Notes: generated from the sequence alone by a model not told the origin. Positions 1 through 9,999 are shown, numbered from the stretch's first letter. The stretch is 64,000 bases of DNA from Candidatus Xenobia bacterium (GCA_045863235.1 BTUM01000001.1:160001-224000), one strand, 5' to 3'. A program made the numbers and translations.

Positions 1-1265
1 TGGGCCACCGTGACGCCTGATTCCCCCACGCGCCAGACCGGCAACTGCTCGGCGTAGCTCCAGATCGGGACCAGGAGCGTCCCGGAGTTGGCGTCCTGGG
101 CGATCTCCCGCACTACGGAAAAATCGCGCAGGTATCCGCCATGTCTGACCCGGCCAAAGCCCCGCTCGAAGTCCTGGCCTCTCTGACCGCCCTCGAGCGC
201 CCAGGGGAGCGGGGAGGAGCCCATTCCCCAGGAGCCTGCGTCGAGCGCAGCGCCCTGCGCCCAGGCAACCGTCGGAGTGCCCAGCGGCAGCGCGCTGGTG
301 CCCAGGATTTCACCGGTCGCCTCGTTGACCTTGCAGACCCGCAGGTCATCCCAGACGCCGTCCCCGGCGTGCCAGGTGCCCACCACCTGCCAGCGGTAAC
401 CGTGCGCGAGAAAGCTGCTCCCGAGCGGGATGCCTGGCAACTCGCAGGCCCAGACGTGCGACCAGCCCTCGGCTGTCACCAGCGTCTTGCTGAGGTAAGC
501 CGGCTCCTCCCAGCTCTCGTACACCTCGAGCGGCAGCTGGCTGAGCGGGTTCTCGCCCCCGGTCACCCAGGCCGTGTAGACGTGAAAGGGCCCGGCCACG
601 TCGCCGTTGGGCTCGGTCTCGAGCACCAGACAGACCGGCCCGACCTGGTCGTCGAACGGGTCGGTCAGGAGCTGGGCGGCCACGGTGTAGCTCGGCCCGC
701 TGCCCGGATTGGATAGGTCGTGGTGACCAGCCACCAGGCACCAAACCCCATCCCGACGCTGCCAGAACCAGACCAGACTAGTAACGATGCGCGGGGTCGC
801 CACAGGCCCACCGCCAGCGCTCGGGTGGGTGTGGCTCTGGACCCCGAGGGGCTCGGGCGACCAGGTGCTGGTGACCGACCCCGCGAATCGGGCGCACCCC
901 TCGTCCCGCCCGTGTCGCGCCCAGTCGAGCAGGACCAGGATAGCCGGAGAGTAGGGCGCCAGCTCCGGGCCACCGATCATCCGAGCTGCTGCCAGGATGA
1001 ACGGCCGCTGAGGATCGCGCTGATCGTATCCGACCACCACGGTCTGGCCATCCCGAATGCGCCCCCGCCTCCTGCGCCGCCTGGCATCCACGCACACCAC
1101 CGGGACACCGGTCACCACCAGGTCGCCAGGCCCGTCCCCGCCGCCGAACCCCACGTCCACCCTGCCGTCCTCACCGACGCGCGCAGTGCCTACCCTGACA
1201 TTCGGGCGGGCCTGCATCGCGGACTGGATGGCACGCTGCAGTGCGTGAGGGGACGGCTGACTCAA
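1..1265 (-). CDS. Putative tail/baseplate-region protein, partial (runs off the window; absent from the ORF track)
   Basis: Manual translation from TTG at 1265 (TTGA overlap with upstream stop, GAGGAGGAG Shine-Dalgarno) stays open to base 1: MSQPSPHALQRAIQSAMQARPNVRVGTARV... Confidence 0.7.
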   Translation of the reverse strand, partial: MSQPSPHALQRAIQSAMQARPNVRVGTARVGEDGRVDVGFGGGDGPGDLVVTGVPVVCVDARRRRRRGRIRDGQTVVVGYDQRDPQRPFILAAARMIGGPELAPYSPAILVLLDWARHGRDEGCARFAGSVTSTWSPEPLGVQSHTHPSAGGGPVATPRIVTSLVWFWQRRDGVWCLVAGHHDLSNPGSGPSYTVAAQLLTDPFDDQVGPVCLVLETEPNGDVAGPFHVYTAWVTGGENPLSQLPLEVYESWEEPAYLSKTLVTAEGWSHVWACELPGIPLGSSFLAHGYRWQVVGTWHAGDGVWDDLRVCKVNEATGEILGTSALPLGTPTVAWAQGAALDAGSWGMGSSPLPWALEGGQRGQDFERGFGRVRHGGYLRDFSVVREIAQDANSGTLLVPIWSYAEQLPVWRVGESGVTVA

Positions 1266-1537
1266 TGCTCCTCCTCCTCGGGCCCTCCTACGTAGGGGGC
1301 CCGGCCCAGGACGCTGGCCAGGCTCCATCTCCCCTCCGGTGTGCAGAGCAAAGCTGGTGCCCCGCCGTGCCAGCCGGTAGGCATCGGGACGGCGCTCACC
1401 TGTGCTCCGTTGGTCAGCTGCACCGTGGCCCCGGTCTCGTCGGTGGAAACGGTGCTCGCGGACTTGAAGGAGGCGCTGGCCCGGAGTTGGCCCGCCACAA
1501 CCTGGTGGAGGGTGCGCAAGAAGCCGAGGTCACTCAT
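1262..1537 (-). CDS. Small tail-region hypothetical protein
   Basis: 91 aa, overlaps both neighbours in the tail operon. Confidence 0.65.
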   Translation of the reverse strand: MSDLGFLRTLHQVVAGQLRASASFKSASTVSTDETGATVQLTNGAQVSAVPMPTGWHGGAPALLCTPEGRWSLASVLGRAPYVGGPEEEEH

Positions 1538-3176
1538 CCGGGTCCGCCTTTCTGCTCAGCTGCAGACTCATCTCAGCCTTGCTCGCCCCCACCGTCTTGG
1601 TCACGCTCTCGACGTACCAATATTTTTGGGTGGTCCAGCCGGCGGCCGTGAGCAGGAGCGAGATGGTCTCGCCGCGCTCGGCCCAGGGCCAGAGGATGCA
1701 GTACAGGTTCAGGATGTTGGCCAGGCGCAGGCTGTTCTCGACGCATCGCCGGGCGAGCTCGAACGCCTGGCTGGCGTGGGCGATGTTCGGGGTCTGCTGC
1801 ACCGGCTCGCGCCTCGTCCCCCACTCAGCGACCGCAGCGGCGTCCCTGTGGCGCTTGGTGTAGTACTCGGAGAACTGGCTGGGCAACCCCAGCGGGTCAG
1901 CCCCGTACCAGACGATATGGGCGCGTGGCTTGCGGCCCGGTGGCCAGGGCGTGTCGGAGTCCTCCAGGTAGAGGAATCGGCACCCGTAGGTGGGCCGGGA
2001 GTCGCGGTAGGTCCCGCTTGTGCCCTTGATCGGATTCCCGTCCGCGTCCAGGTACTGGTAGATGGAGATGGTGCCGTGGAAGACCTCAATCTCCTCCACG
2101 TCCACGCTGGTGCGAGGCGGGTCGAACGGAACCGTGTGGTAGCCGAGAATCTCGAAGGCCTCCTCGTCAAACTCGGCGATGATGTTGCTGGCGCGGTCGA
2201 GCTTCTCGACCACCTTCTCCGTCTGAATGCCCGCCCCGGTGGCGCGGAACTTTGCCTGGCGCACCTGGTACCTGTCCGTGACACGCCAGCGACCTGGACC
2301 GTTTTCCCGGTATTTGGGCTCTCGGACCGTGAACACGTCGTCGTCGAAGAACCACTCGAGCTGGAACTCGTTGATGAGCTGCTGCAGCAGGCTCATCGGC
2401 TGACCGATAGCGGTGAACTGAGCCATGGGCGCATCGTCGAACTCGAACCGGTAGCGCACTCCCATAGCCGTCAGGATGGTGGCCATGATGCCCTGCACGG
2501 TGTGGATGCTGCCCTGGACGGATTTGAAGTCGCCGAAGTTCTTGTCCTTGACGAGCACCAGCCATTCGCTCAGGTCGGTGCCAGATATGACGGCGGTCAT
2601 TCGGCCCTTGTCCAGATCCCAGGCGTAGTCGTTGCGGATGAGCCAGTCTCGCCGCCAGACTCTGCCGGCGGTGCGAATCTCAACTCGGTAGCGCCGCTTC
2701 ACGCCCGAGTCATTCACGTCGCCGCCCCGGTGCTTGCCGCCCGCGAAGGGCCCGGACTCAGGCACCGGAATGAACTGCCGGAATGCATCGGGCCCCAGGG
2801 TGGCTGACCAGGAGATGGCGCCGTTGGTGGGCTCGGTGATGCTGAACTCTGTGCAAGGAATCTCGGTAGCGCCGCCCTCGACCAGCTCGAGCTTGATCCC
2901 GTACTTCAGGCTCTTCAGGTTCGTCCTGGTGATAGTCCGTCCACCGCTGATGCTGACGCTGACCAAAGCTGGCTCGCTCAGGAGCCGCTGGAGGGCGTGC
3001 TGCTCCTCGCCCCGGTAGCCGACCCGGAAGCCGAACTCACCGCTGACCTGGCGGTCGTAGCCGACCCGGAAGCCGAACTCACCCGCCGGCCCGCCGTAGC
3101 CCACAGCGAAACCGAACTCGCCGCCGAACTCAGGCGCGTAGCCGACCCGGAAGCCAAAGTCGCCGCAGACAGCCAC
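1530..3176 (-). CDS. Tail tip/baseplate hub-like protein with N-terminal GEFGFRVGY repeats
   Basis: 548 aa, third gene after tape measure; function inferred from position. Confidence 0.6.
   Translation of the reverse strand: MAVCGDFGFRVGYAPEFGGEFGFAVGYGGPAGEFGFRVGYDRQVSGEFGFRVGYRGEEQHALQRLLSEPALVSVSISGGRTITRTNLKSLKYGIKLELVEGGATEIPCTEFSITEPTNGAISWSATLGPDAFRQFIPVPESGPFAGGKHRGGDVNDSGVKRRYRVEIRTAGRVWRRDWLIRNDYAWDLDKGRMTAVISGTDLSEWLVLVKDKNFGDFKSVQGSIHTVQGIMATILTAMGVRYRFEFDDAPMAQFTAIGQPMSLLQQLINEFQLEWFFDDDVFTVREPKYRENGPGRWRVTDRYQVRQAKFRATGAGIQTEKVVEKLDRASNIIAEFDEEAFEILGYHTVPFDPPRTSVDVEEIEVFHGTISIYQYLDADGNPIKGTSGTYRDSRPTYGCRFLYLEDSDTPWPPGRKPRAHIVWYGADPLGLPSQFSEYYTKRHRDAAAVAEWGTRREPVQQTPNIAHASQAFELARRCVENSLRLANILNLYCILWPWAERGETISLLLTAAGWTTQKYWYVESVTKTVGASKAEMSLQLSRKADPDE
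3015..3164. repeat. Four 27-bp in-frame coding repeats (G[ED]FGF[RA]VGY)
   Basis: GTAGCCGACCCGGAAGCCGAACTCACC-like units start at 3015, 3057, 3096, 3138. Confidence 0.9.
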
Positions 3177-3177
3177 G

Positions 3178-3948
3178 TCAGGAGGAGGCCTTCCATTTCA
3201 CCACGGGCTTCATGTAGGCGATTCGCTCGGGCAGCTCAGCGTAGCCGGTGGTCTCGAACCAGAGCCCGATGGCCTCGTTCACGGCAAGATCCCCTCCGCC
3301 GGGAACGGTCAACGCCGTCGCCAGGCTGAAAGCCCCAGAGAACGTCACACCCGTTGGCGGGGTCAGCCTGTCGGTTGTGCCCAGATTGGAATCCACCGCC
3401 GGGTCGAGGCCGAGGCGGTGCTCAGAAGTCGCGCCAGTTTTGCCGATCGGGATGTAGCCGAGCTGGTCGCCCCGAATCAGTCGGATGTTCCGACTCGCGT
3501 TCTGCAACGCCGTCCCGGCCTCGTTGCAGCACTCCATCAGGACCGGCGATTCCTCGTCCATCTGATTCTCGCCAGACACGGCTGTCGTGCCGTTGCACTG
3601 CTTCAGCTCGGTCGTCCACTCACCGCCGAGCTTGTAGCTCACCCGCACCCAATCGGTGCAGGGCCCGTCCGCCTGGATCTGCCAGGTCCCCTGGGCGGCC
3701 GGCTTGTTGAGGCCGTTGGCGACCCAGAACCGAAGATTGCTCAGGGTGGCGTCCCCAGTGTTCACGGCACCCAGCTTGTAGTGCCAGGGCCCCAGGTCGG
3801 GGGGCTCGTCGGGGGTCGGGATGTCAGGGATGAATGCGCCCTCAGTGTCCTCGTCGAGCGGCGAGCCCAGGTCGGGGTCTCCACCTTGCGGGCTCACATC
3901 GTCGTCGGCCCAATCGTCTGTCAGATAGGGAGTAATCGTCCCGGCCAT
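3178..3948 (-). CDS. Minor tail/structural protein
   Basis: 256 aa, G/T/D-rich, coupled to neighbours in tail operon. Confidence 0.6.
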   Translation of the reverse strand: MAGTITPYLTDDWADDDVSPQGGDPDLGSPLDEDTEGAFIPDIPTPDEPPDLGPWHYKLGAVNTGDATLSNLRFWVANGLNKPAAQGTWQIQADGPCTDWVRVSYKLGGEWTTELKQCNGTTAVSGENQMDEESPVLMECCNEAGTALQNASRNIRLIRGDQLGYIPIGKTGATSEHRLGLDPAVDSNLGTTDRLTPPTGVTFSGAFSLATALTVPGGGDLAVNEAIGLWFETTGYAELPERIAYMKPVVKWKASS

Positions 3949-4379
3949 CAGCTTCCACTCCCTTCGATGCGGTCATGGACCTTGAGCCGGTTCACGACTG
4001 GCGAGAACCACCCGGACAAATAAGCCCCGGGCGTGCAGACCAGCGAGTCGCCCGGCAAGTAGCTCACCACCCAGGTGGTGCTGCCGTCATCAGGCGACCA
4101 GTGAAAAGGCTCGGCTTCGTCCCGCAGTGCCTTCAGAGCGTTGACCATGTCGAGCGAGGCCACCGGCAGCACCACGTCGACCCGCCCGTGACTGATACGC
4201 GTCCCGAAGGCAATCTCCACTTCCTCGCCCGGATAGTAGCGCGACCCGTCCCACACCGGTACCATCGGCTCTACCTGTGAGAGGAACGGCACCTGCACCT
4301 CGGGCTCGGGGAAGGGGGCGCTGACGCCCACCAGGTCGATTTGCCCGGACGCGTCCTGGCGGCGGAAGTAGTGGGCCAT
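3948..4379 (-). CDS. Putative distal tail protein; ends in GSGS
   Basis: 143 aa immediately downstream of tape measure (TGATG overlap). Confidence 0.6.
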   Translation of the reverse strand: MAHYFRRQDASGQIDLVGVSAPFPEPEVQVPFLSQVEPMVPVWDGSRYYPGEEVEIAFGTRISHGRVDVVLPVASLDMVNALKALRDEAEPFHWSPDDGSTTWVVSYLPGDSLVCTPGAYLSGWFSPVVNRLKVHDRIEGSGS

Positions 4380-7300
4380 CAGGCCAGTCCCGGTATCGCG
4401 GGCGCGTCGCCCATCAGTCGGGCCTGCATCCCGGTGGAGTCGAGAAATCCCTGGATGGTGGCCTTCTCCCCGTCGGGGCCCAGGAGCTCACCCTCCACGA
4501 CCACTCCACCCGACAGAACCACCTCGAGCTTCGGCTTGCCTGCCTGGGCGGCGGCCTCAGCGGCAGCGCGCTGGTTGATTGGGGAGAAACTGGCACCCTT
4601 CGCGGCTGCCCCGACAGCAGCATTGGCCGGGGCGCTGAGGTCGGGAACGGGCAGCTTCGGGGCGGTCAAGTTACCGGCTGAGGTCAGGGCCCCGTCCAGG
4701 GCGCCCGATACCTGGGCGTCGGTCAAATCGCCGGATTTCCCTGTTGCAGCCCTTTTGCTTGACGCGAACCCGGTGAAGGAGTCGGAGGGGGCCCCGAAGT
4801 TTGCAAAGGCCCCGGCCACGTCACCAGGGTCGTACACGCCCCCAGTGGTCTGCTCACGGCTTCCGAGCAACGAGCGCCTCGCCGCCTTCTCGGCGTCCAC
4901 GGTGCTCTGCACGTCGGCCTTTTCCTGGTCGAGCAGCTTCTTCTTTTCGGCCGCCACGAAGCGGGCGATGGTCTCCTCGTCCACGCCGGCCTCGCGGGCC
5001 TTCTGGACGGTCTCGAGGATGGCCCGGACTTTGATCTCTCGCTCCTTGCCCTCGGCTTGGAGGGTGGCGTCCTCGAGTTGCTTCGTCAGGTCCTTGCGCT
5101 TGTCGAGCAGCTCCTTGTTCGCTTCGTCCTCGAGCTTCTTGCGCTCGCCGTGATACCAGGCTTCCACCAGCGCCTTGTCCTGGGCCACCTTCAGATACTC
5201 CGCCTTCTGGCGGTCCAGCTCGGCGATCTTCGCGGCAGTCTCACCCTGAGTGAGTCGGACGACCTCGATGGCCAGGTCGGACTCGAGCTTCTTAGCGGCG
5301 TCAGCGGCCTTCTTGCGCTCGTCGGCCTGCTTCTTGCGCTCGCCCTCGGCCTCTTTGAGCAGCTGGCCCCTCAGCCGAGCGATGTCCAGCTCGAGCTTGC
5401 GCTCCTCGTCTTTCTCGAGCACCAGCTGGGTCTGGCCAAACTTGCGAGACTGGAGCACCTGCTCGAGCAACGCCAGCTCCTGCTGGGTGCTCAGTTCGTG
5501 CAGTGCCCTTTTGCGGGCGACAAAGAACTCGAGGTCCTTTAGCGCGTCCTGAGTGCGCTGCCGTTGCCGTGCGGCCAGGGCGTCGGAGTCGTCCGCTTGC
5601 GCAACCTTGCCCGGAGCCTGGAGCGGCGTTGCATCGCTCTTCGGGCCTGCAATTTCGGGCGTCGGGGTCTTGGCGTTCTCTGTCTTGACCAATGCGTCCA
5701 GGAAGGTGTTGCCGGTGACGAGCCGGCCAACCCCCTTCAGGCCCTCGAAGAATCGGTTCCCGCCCTGCTCACCTCGAGCCAGGTCCTGCTGATTTCCCTG
5801 GCGCAGCAACCCGGCCACCTTCTGAGTGTCCTGCTGCAGTGTCCCCAGCTGGTCCTTTACCAGGCCCGGAAGCTGGTCCATCGCCACAGCGAGAGAATCA
5901 AGCAGGTCGGCCAGGGCGCCCTTGATGACGGCTACCAGGCCCACGAACAGGTCCTGGACTCCGCCGAAGAGCTGCGTAAAGGTCCCTTCCAGCTCGGTGG
6001 CCATGTGGCCCAGCGCCTGGCCAATCTGCCCGATAGCGGTCAGAGCCTTGTCCACCAGGTCGAGCAACCAGGTGCTCAGCATGAGGAACCCCTGGCCCAT
6101 TCCAGCGATGCTCGGGTCGAAATGCTTGCGCTTTAGCAACTCCCAGCGCTCGCCGAACTGCTCATCCCACGCGGCCGCGGCCTGCTTAGTGGCCCCGGCG
6201 GAATCGCTGAAGGTGGCTAAGAGGCCCTCGAACTCCCCCTTGCCCTGCCGAATGCCGCGGACGAAGTCGTTGGCAACTTTCTTGCTAAGCAGGTCCATCG
6301 CCGCGTCCATCTGTGCGGCGGAGCCCTTGCCCTCCCCAAAGGTCCGGAATAGCGCCGCCAGCACGCTGCGGGCCCCATTGACCGGGCGCCCGAACTGGTC
6401 GAGCTCCACGCCTAGGCGCTTCAGCGCTGAGGCCTGCTTGTCGGTTGGTTCGCGCAGGGCACCCATCATATTGGTGAGGCCCTTCAGGGCGGCCTCGGAA
6501 TTGGATACGTCGAACTGGGTCAGCAGGGCCAGCGACTCGTCGAAAGACAGCCCTGCCGCAGCAAATACCCCCTGGCCGCGCTGCAGAGTGGTGCCGAGCT
6601 GATCCACGCTGGCACCACTGGCCCGAGCTGCCACGGTCAGGCGGTCCAGGATGGGTTGGACCTGCTCCGTGCTCAGGCCCCAGGCATCGAGCAGGTCACG
6701 GGTCGTGTTGATGTTCTCTCGGACGTCCGTCTGATGGACCTTGGCAAAGTCCAGGAAGGCCTGCGTGACCGGGACCAGGTCGTTACCGATGTCACGGAAC
6801 TCGCGTCGCATCGCCTGCAACGCGCCACCCAGGGCCTCGATGCTGTTGGTGTTATTTCGGTGCAGGGAGATGAGAGCGCCCTCGAACCGCTTTGCCTCGC
6901 CCGCGCTGGCTCCGGTCTGTGACCGGAATCGAGCCATCGCGTCGTGGAGCTGGGTCCCGAACACCACGGCATCCGCGCCCAACTTGATCAGAGCGGCGCT
7001 CAGCGCGCCCAGGACGGCTGGCCCGGCGAACCGCAGAGCCATCGCAGACACGCGCTCGAGCTGACCTCCAAAAGAGTTCATCTGGGATCGAGCGGCACCC
7101 AGCTGAGAGCTCAGCTGACCCGCGCGCGCCTGAGTATCCTCGAGCGACTTGCGCATCTTGTCGAGCTTGGCGGCGGCCTTCTCCGCGCCAGTACCACCGG
7201 CGGCCACGGCCTTCTCAAGCTTGGCAATCTGCGCCGCCTTTCGATCTGCAACCGCGCGCGTCTTCTCGAGCTGCTGCTCAAGGCGCTTGACCTTCGCGGC

Positions 7301-7393
7301 GGCGCTCTCGGTGGACTTCTCCATGTCTCGGAGTTGGCTGACCGCCTTGCCCGTGAGAACATCGAAGACGGCTTCAAGCCGGAATACTGCCAT
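4379..7393 (-). CDS. Tail tape measure protein
   Basis: 1004 aa, Ala/Gly/Leu-rich with coiled coils, follows tail chaperone genes. Confidence 0.92.
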   Translation of the reverse strand: MAVFRLEAVFDVLTGKAVSQLRDMEKSTESAAAKVKRLEQQLEKTRAVADRKAAQIAKLEKAVAAGGTGAEKAAAKLDKMRKSLEDTQARAGQLSSQLGAARSQMNSFGGQLERVSAMALRFAGPAVLGALSAALIKLGADAVVFGTQLHDAMARFRSQTGASAGEAKRFEGALISLHRNNTNSIEALGGALQAMRREFRDIGNDLVPVTQAFLDFAKVHQTDVRENINTTRDLLDAWGLSTEQVQPILDRLTVAARASGASVDQLGTTLQRGQGVFAAAGLSFDESLALLTQFDVSNSEAALKGLTNMMGALREPTDKQASALKRLGVELDQFGRPVNGARSVLAALFRTFGEGKGSAAQMDAAMDLLSKKVANDFVRGIRQGKGEFEGLLATFSDSAGATKQAAAAWDEQFGERWELLKRKHFDPSIAGMGQGFLMLSTWLLDLVDKALTAIGQIGQALGHMATELEGTFTQLFGGVQDLFVGLVAVIKGALADLLDSLAVAMDQLPGLVKDQLGTLQQDTQKVAGLLRQGNQQDLARGEQGGNRFFEGLKGVGRLVTGNTFLDALVKTENAKTPTPEIAGPKSDATPLQAPGKVAQADDSDALAARQRQRTQDALKDLEFFVARKRALHELSTQQELALLEQVLQSRKFGQTQLVLEKDEERKLELDIARLRGQLLKEAEGERKKQADERKKAADAAKKLESDLAIEVVRLTQGETAAKIAELDRQKAEYLKVAQDKALVEAWYHGERKKLEDEANKELLDKRKDLTKQLEDATLQAEGKEREIKVRAILETVQKAREAGVDEETIARFVAAEKKKLLDQEKADVQSTVDAEKAARRSLLGSREQTTGGVYDPGDVAGAFANFGAPSDSFTGFASSKRAATGKSGDLTDAQVSGALDGALTSAGNLTAPKLPVPDLSAPANAAVGAAAKGASFSPINQRAAAEAAAQAGKPKLEVVLSGGVVVEGELLGPDGEKATIQGFLDSTGMQARLMGDAPAIPGLA

Positions 7394-7783
7394 CGCCGTC
7401 TCCTTTCTCTCTCACGAACAGGCGCCGGTAGCTGGCCATAGCGGCGTGATACTCGGCATTGAGGTCGGCGTCGGGCTCGTCGAGCAAACCCCAGGTGCGC
7501 AGCCAATCACGCTCGCGCTGGATGGGCTTGCGCCAATGAGCGAAGTGTTCCATCCAGGCGCCGAACGCCAACAGACGCCTGGCCTGACGGGCCTCCACGA
7601 GCGCCTGCTGGCGTGCGACACGCAGGCGCTCAAGCAACTCGGCGTAGGGTGTCTCCCTCAGCCAGTCTTGTCGGGTGCCCCCGTAGCGAGACTGGAGAAG
7701 GTCGAGAGCCAGCCAGAGGCCATCTCGCCCAACCTCGCCAGGAGGCCCCGTCCGCTCGCCTCCCCCAGCAGGCCGAAAAAAAA
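7374..7783 (-). CDS. Tail assembly chaperone extension (gpT-like), probably made by -1 frameshift
   Basis: Open -1 frame downstream of T TTT TTC slippery site; lies between chaperone and tape measure. Confidence 0.75.
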
Positions 7784-8113
7784 GGCTTGCACATCCGGGT
7801 GCCTGGCCAGCGCACGCCCGCACTCCAACTGCACCGGAAGCGGGAAGAGCTCCGGGTCCTGGAACTCGGGGACGGGGACTTGAAGCACGTCAGCGAGCCA
7901 CTCCGCCAGTAGCTCACGGGTGGCAGGCAATCCCAGGAGGAGCGCGGCCGCGAAGGTCTCGACGGAAGAATCGACCCCCCGCAGCCGCGTGTTCAGCTCG
8001 CTCGAGCCCCGGCCGAGAGCCTCCTGGAGGATCTCAGCCAGGTCGTAGAGGTCGTCATAACCCAGGCGACGGAGCCGGTGGCTCCGCCCCTGGGCGTCAG
8101 TCACTGTCAGCAT
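7658..8113 (-). CDS. Tail assembly chaperone (gpG-like)
   Basis: 151 aa between major tail protein and tape measure; contains T8 run. Confidence 0.8.
   Translation of the reverse strand: MLTVTDAQGRSHRLRRLGYDDLYDLAEILQEALGRGSSELNTRLRGVDSSVETFAAALLLGLPATRELLAEWLADVLQVPVPEFQDPELFPLPVQLECGRALARHPDVQAFFFGLLGEASGRGLLARLGEMASGWLSTFSSLATGAPDKTG
7775..7783 (-). other. Programmed -1 frameshift slippery site
   Basis: Minus strand GCC TTT TTT TTC; downstream GGAGGC...GCCTCC stem. Confidence 0.75.
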
Positions 8114-8790
8114 CAGCTACCAGAGCCAGCGTTCTTGGGCAGGAAGAAGTGGATGGGCTGGTCGAGCGGAGCCGTCAGGGGCGAGCTACCTCGGAGCTCG
8201 AGCTGGAGCCCCACGGCGTTCCCGTCCTGCGTTTTGAACGAGGTCGAGTTGATGGCGATGGCGTTCTCGAGCACGACGATCACCGGCAGCACCACGTCGC
8301 CGTCATTGACCGAGGCGGCGATGGCGATGTTCGGGATGTAGTCGCCCTCTACCACGGCCAGGCGCGGGGTAATCTCGTCGTAGCTGCTCCACTCGTCCTT
8401 GTCGGACGAGCCCAATGCGATCTGGAGGGTATCGGGGTCGCGCACCTCGAGCACGGTCACCACGATGATCCCCTGAGCAGTGTCGCGCTTGTCGAGCCCC
8501 ATCACAGGGCCCCGCAAGCCGTCGATGGGCCCGATCTGACTGATGGGCGCCTCGAAGCGAGCCTCGGCTCCTTCTCTGGTCGCTCCAAACGCCCGCGGGG
8601 CCACCAGGTTGCCGGCGGCGCTGGTCCAGGTGTTGTCCGGATCGATGGCGTCGGCCCAGTCGTTGACGTCGAATCCGGCCAGGCTGCGCAGCTCGGCCAG
8701 GTTGATGTTGACGAACGCGGCGCCAGCGTGCAGCACCATGTTCTGAGGCGACACGGCCCGGAAGCCCGTGATGCCAGTGACGATACTCAT
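8113..8790 (-). CDS. Major tail (tube) protein; ends in GSGS
   Basis: 225 aa, GATREG motif, position between tail terminator and chaperones. Confidence 0.8.
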   Translation of the reverse strand: MSIVTGITGFRAVSPQNMVLHAGAAFVNINLAELRSLAGFDVNDWADAIDPDNTWTSAAGNLVAPRAFGATREGAEARFEAPISQIGPIDGLRGPVMGLDKRDTAQGIIVVTVLEVRDPDTLQIALGSSDKDEWSSYDEITPRLAVVEGDYIPNIAIAASVNDGDVVLPVIVVLENAIAINSTSFKTQDGNAVGLQLELRGSSPLTAPLDQPIHFFLPKNAGSGS

Positions 8791-8832
8791 TTCACTGATC
8801 TCCTCTCACTCCACTCCGGCCAGGCCGGTTTT

Positions 8833-9243
8833 CTATCGGTCCTGAACGGATTGCACCAGCGACCAGTCGTACGCCACGACCGAGAACTCCAGGGCAATCC
8901 GGTGAACATTTTGGGCGTCGGTGGCCACCTGGGCGGAGCGCGTGAACCAGTAGTTTGCAGGTGTCCCGGTGGCAAGCATCAGTCGCTGATAAGCCAGCAA
9001 TGCCTTCACACGCTCAGAAATCGCCTCGGCCCTGTCGGCGTTGGGCGAGTAATCCCAGATGTCCAGCTTATGAGAGCCTGAGAGCAACGGTGCTCCCCGC
9101 AATTCCAGCACATGGACGATGTAGGGCATCGGGGCGTTCCGTCGAGCCATCTTGCTGTACAGGTTGACCTGCTCCCCAAACAGCTCGATGAGTTGCTCGT
9201 CCTCTGTCAGCAGCGCATCGAAGGCATCGATGACGATCTTCAC
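8833..9243 (-). CDS. Tail terminator/completion protein
   Basis: 136 aa, PYIV...LDIW pattern and position. Confidence 0.7.
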   Translation of the reverse strand: MKIVIDAFDALLTEDEQLIELFGEQVNLYSKMARRNAPMPYIVHVLELRGAPLLSGSHKLDIWDYSPNADRAEAISERVKALLAYQRLMLATGTPANYWFTRSAQVATDAQNVHRIALEFSVVAYDWSLVQSVQDR

Positions 9244-9635
9244 CTGAGCCTGTCGACCTGACTCCAGGGGGCATGGAGAATCCCCTCCACCTGGGTCTCG
9301 ACTTCAGCTAGCGCCTGTTCGAGGAAGGGCCGCTCGTCAGACACGGCCAGAGCAGCCGGGTGGTCTGTGCCCACAGTAACCTCGCCTTGCCCCGCCTTCA
9401 CCCGGAAGCTTTCCTGCAGCTTACCGGTGCGCCGAGCTGGCCACTCACCGGGAGCTGAAGCGGTGTAGGTCTGGTCTGTCCCGGGGATCTTGTAGGTGTG
9501 CCCCGAGCGTGGACCATCCAGTCCCTCTTTGACCGTGGATAGGATAGCTGAGGCCACCTCAGCCTCTTTAGCCCTCGCGTCCGCCTCGAGCGCCTTCTCC
9601 AGAGCCAGGAAGTGGTTCGTGATTTTAACTGCCAC
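9240..9635 (-). CDS. HK97 gp10-like neck protein
   Basis: ASAPGEWPARRTGKLQES motif; GTG start at 9635 after GGAGG. Confidence 0.75.
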   Translation of the reverse strand: MAVKITNHFLALEKALEADARAKEAEVASAILSTVKEGLDGPRSGHTYKIPGTDQTYTASAPGEWPARRTGKLQESFRVKAGQGEVTVGTDHPAALAVSDERPFLEQALAEVETQVEGILHAPWSQVDRLR

Positions 9636-9999
9636 TGCCGCCTCCGAGTTCGGGAATTGGAATGCCGTCATCCGTGATGTCGCGAGTCTGGATGATTGTC
9701 CAAGCCGCACGGGCCCCCTTTGGGGAGTAGGTGGCGGTCGTGGGCCGCAGGATTCTCTCGCCCCAGGCGAACAGGGTGCGGTCGTATCTGAACTCTCGCC
9801 GGCCCCTGAAGCGCAGCGTGTGCGTAGGCTCGGCGTCCTGCTTACCATAGGCGGCACGAGCGCTCACGTCCACCTCCAGGACCGACGCCCACCAGGTGCC
9901 CACCAGGTCCCAGTGCTCCTCTTCCCCCGTTGCGACGCGCACGCTGGTGAGGGCATACTCAGATACCCGCTGGTCCAGGGCCGCACAGGAGACACTCAC
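9625..9999 (-). CDS. Head closure/head-tail adaptor; ends in GSGS
   Basis: GTG start at 9999 overlapping previous stop; WWASV...THTLRFR pattern. Confidence 0.7.
   Translation of the reverse strand: MSVSCAALDQRVSEYALTSVRVATGEEEHWDLVGTWWASVLEVDVSARAAYGKQDAEPTHTLRFRGRREFRYDRTLFAWGERILRPTTATYSPKGARAAWTIIQTRDITDDGIPIPELGGGSGS

Noticed and set aside
3015..3164. CRISPR array
   Set aside because: Spacers only 12-15 bp, periods are multiples of 3, repeats are in-frame coding, no cas genes
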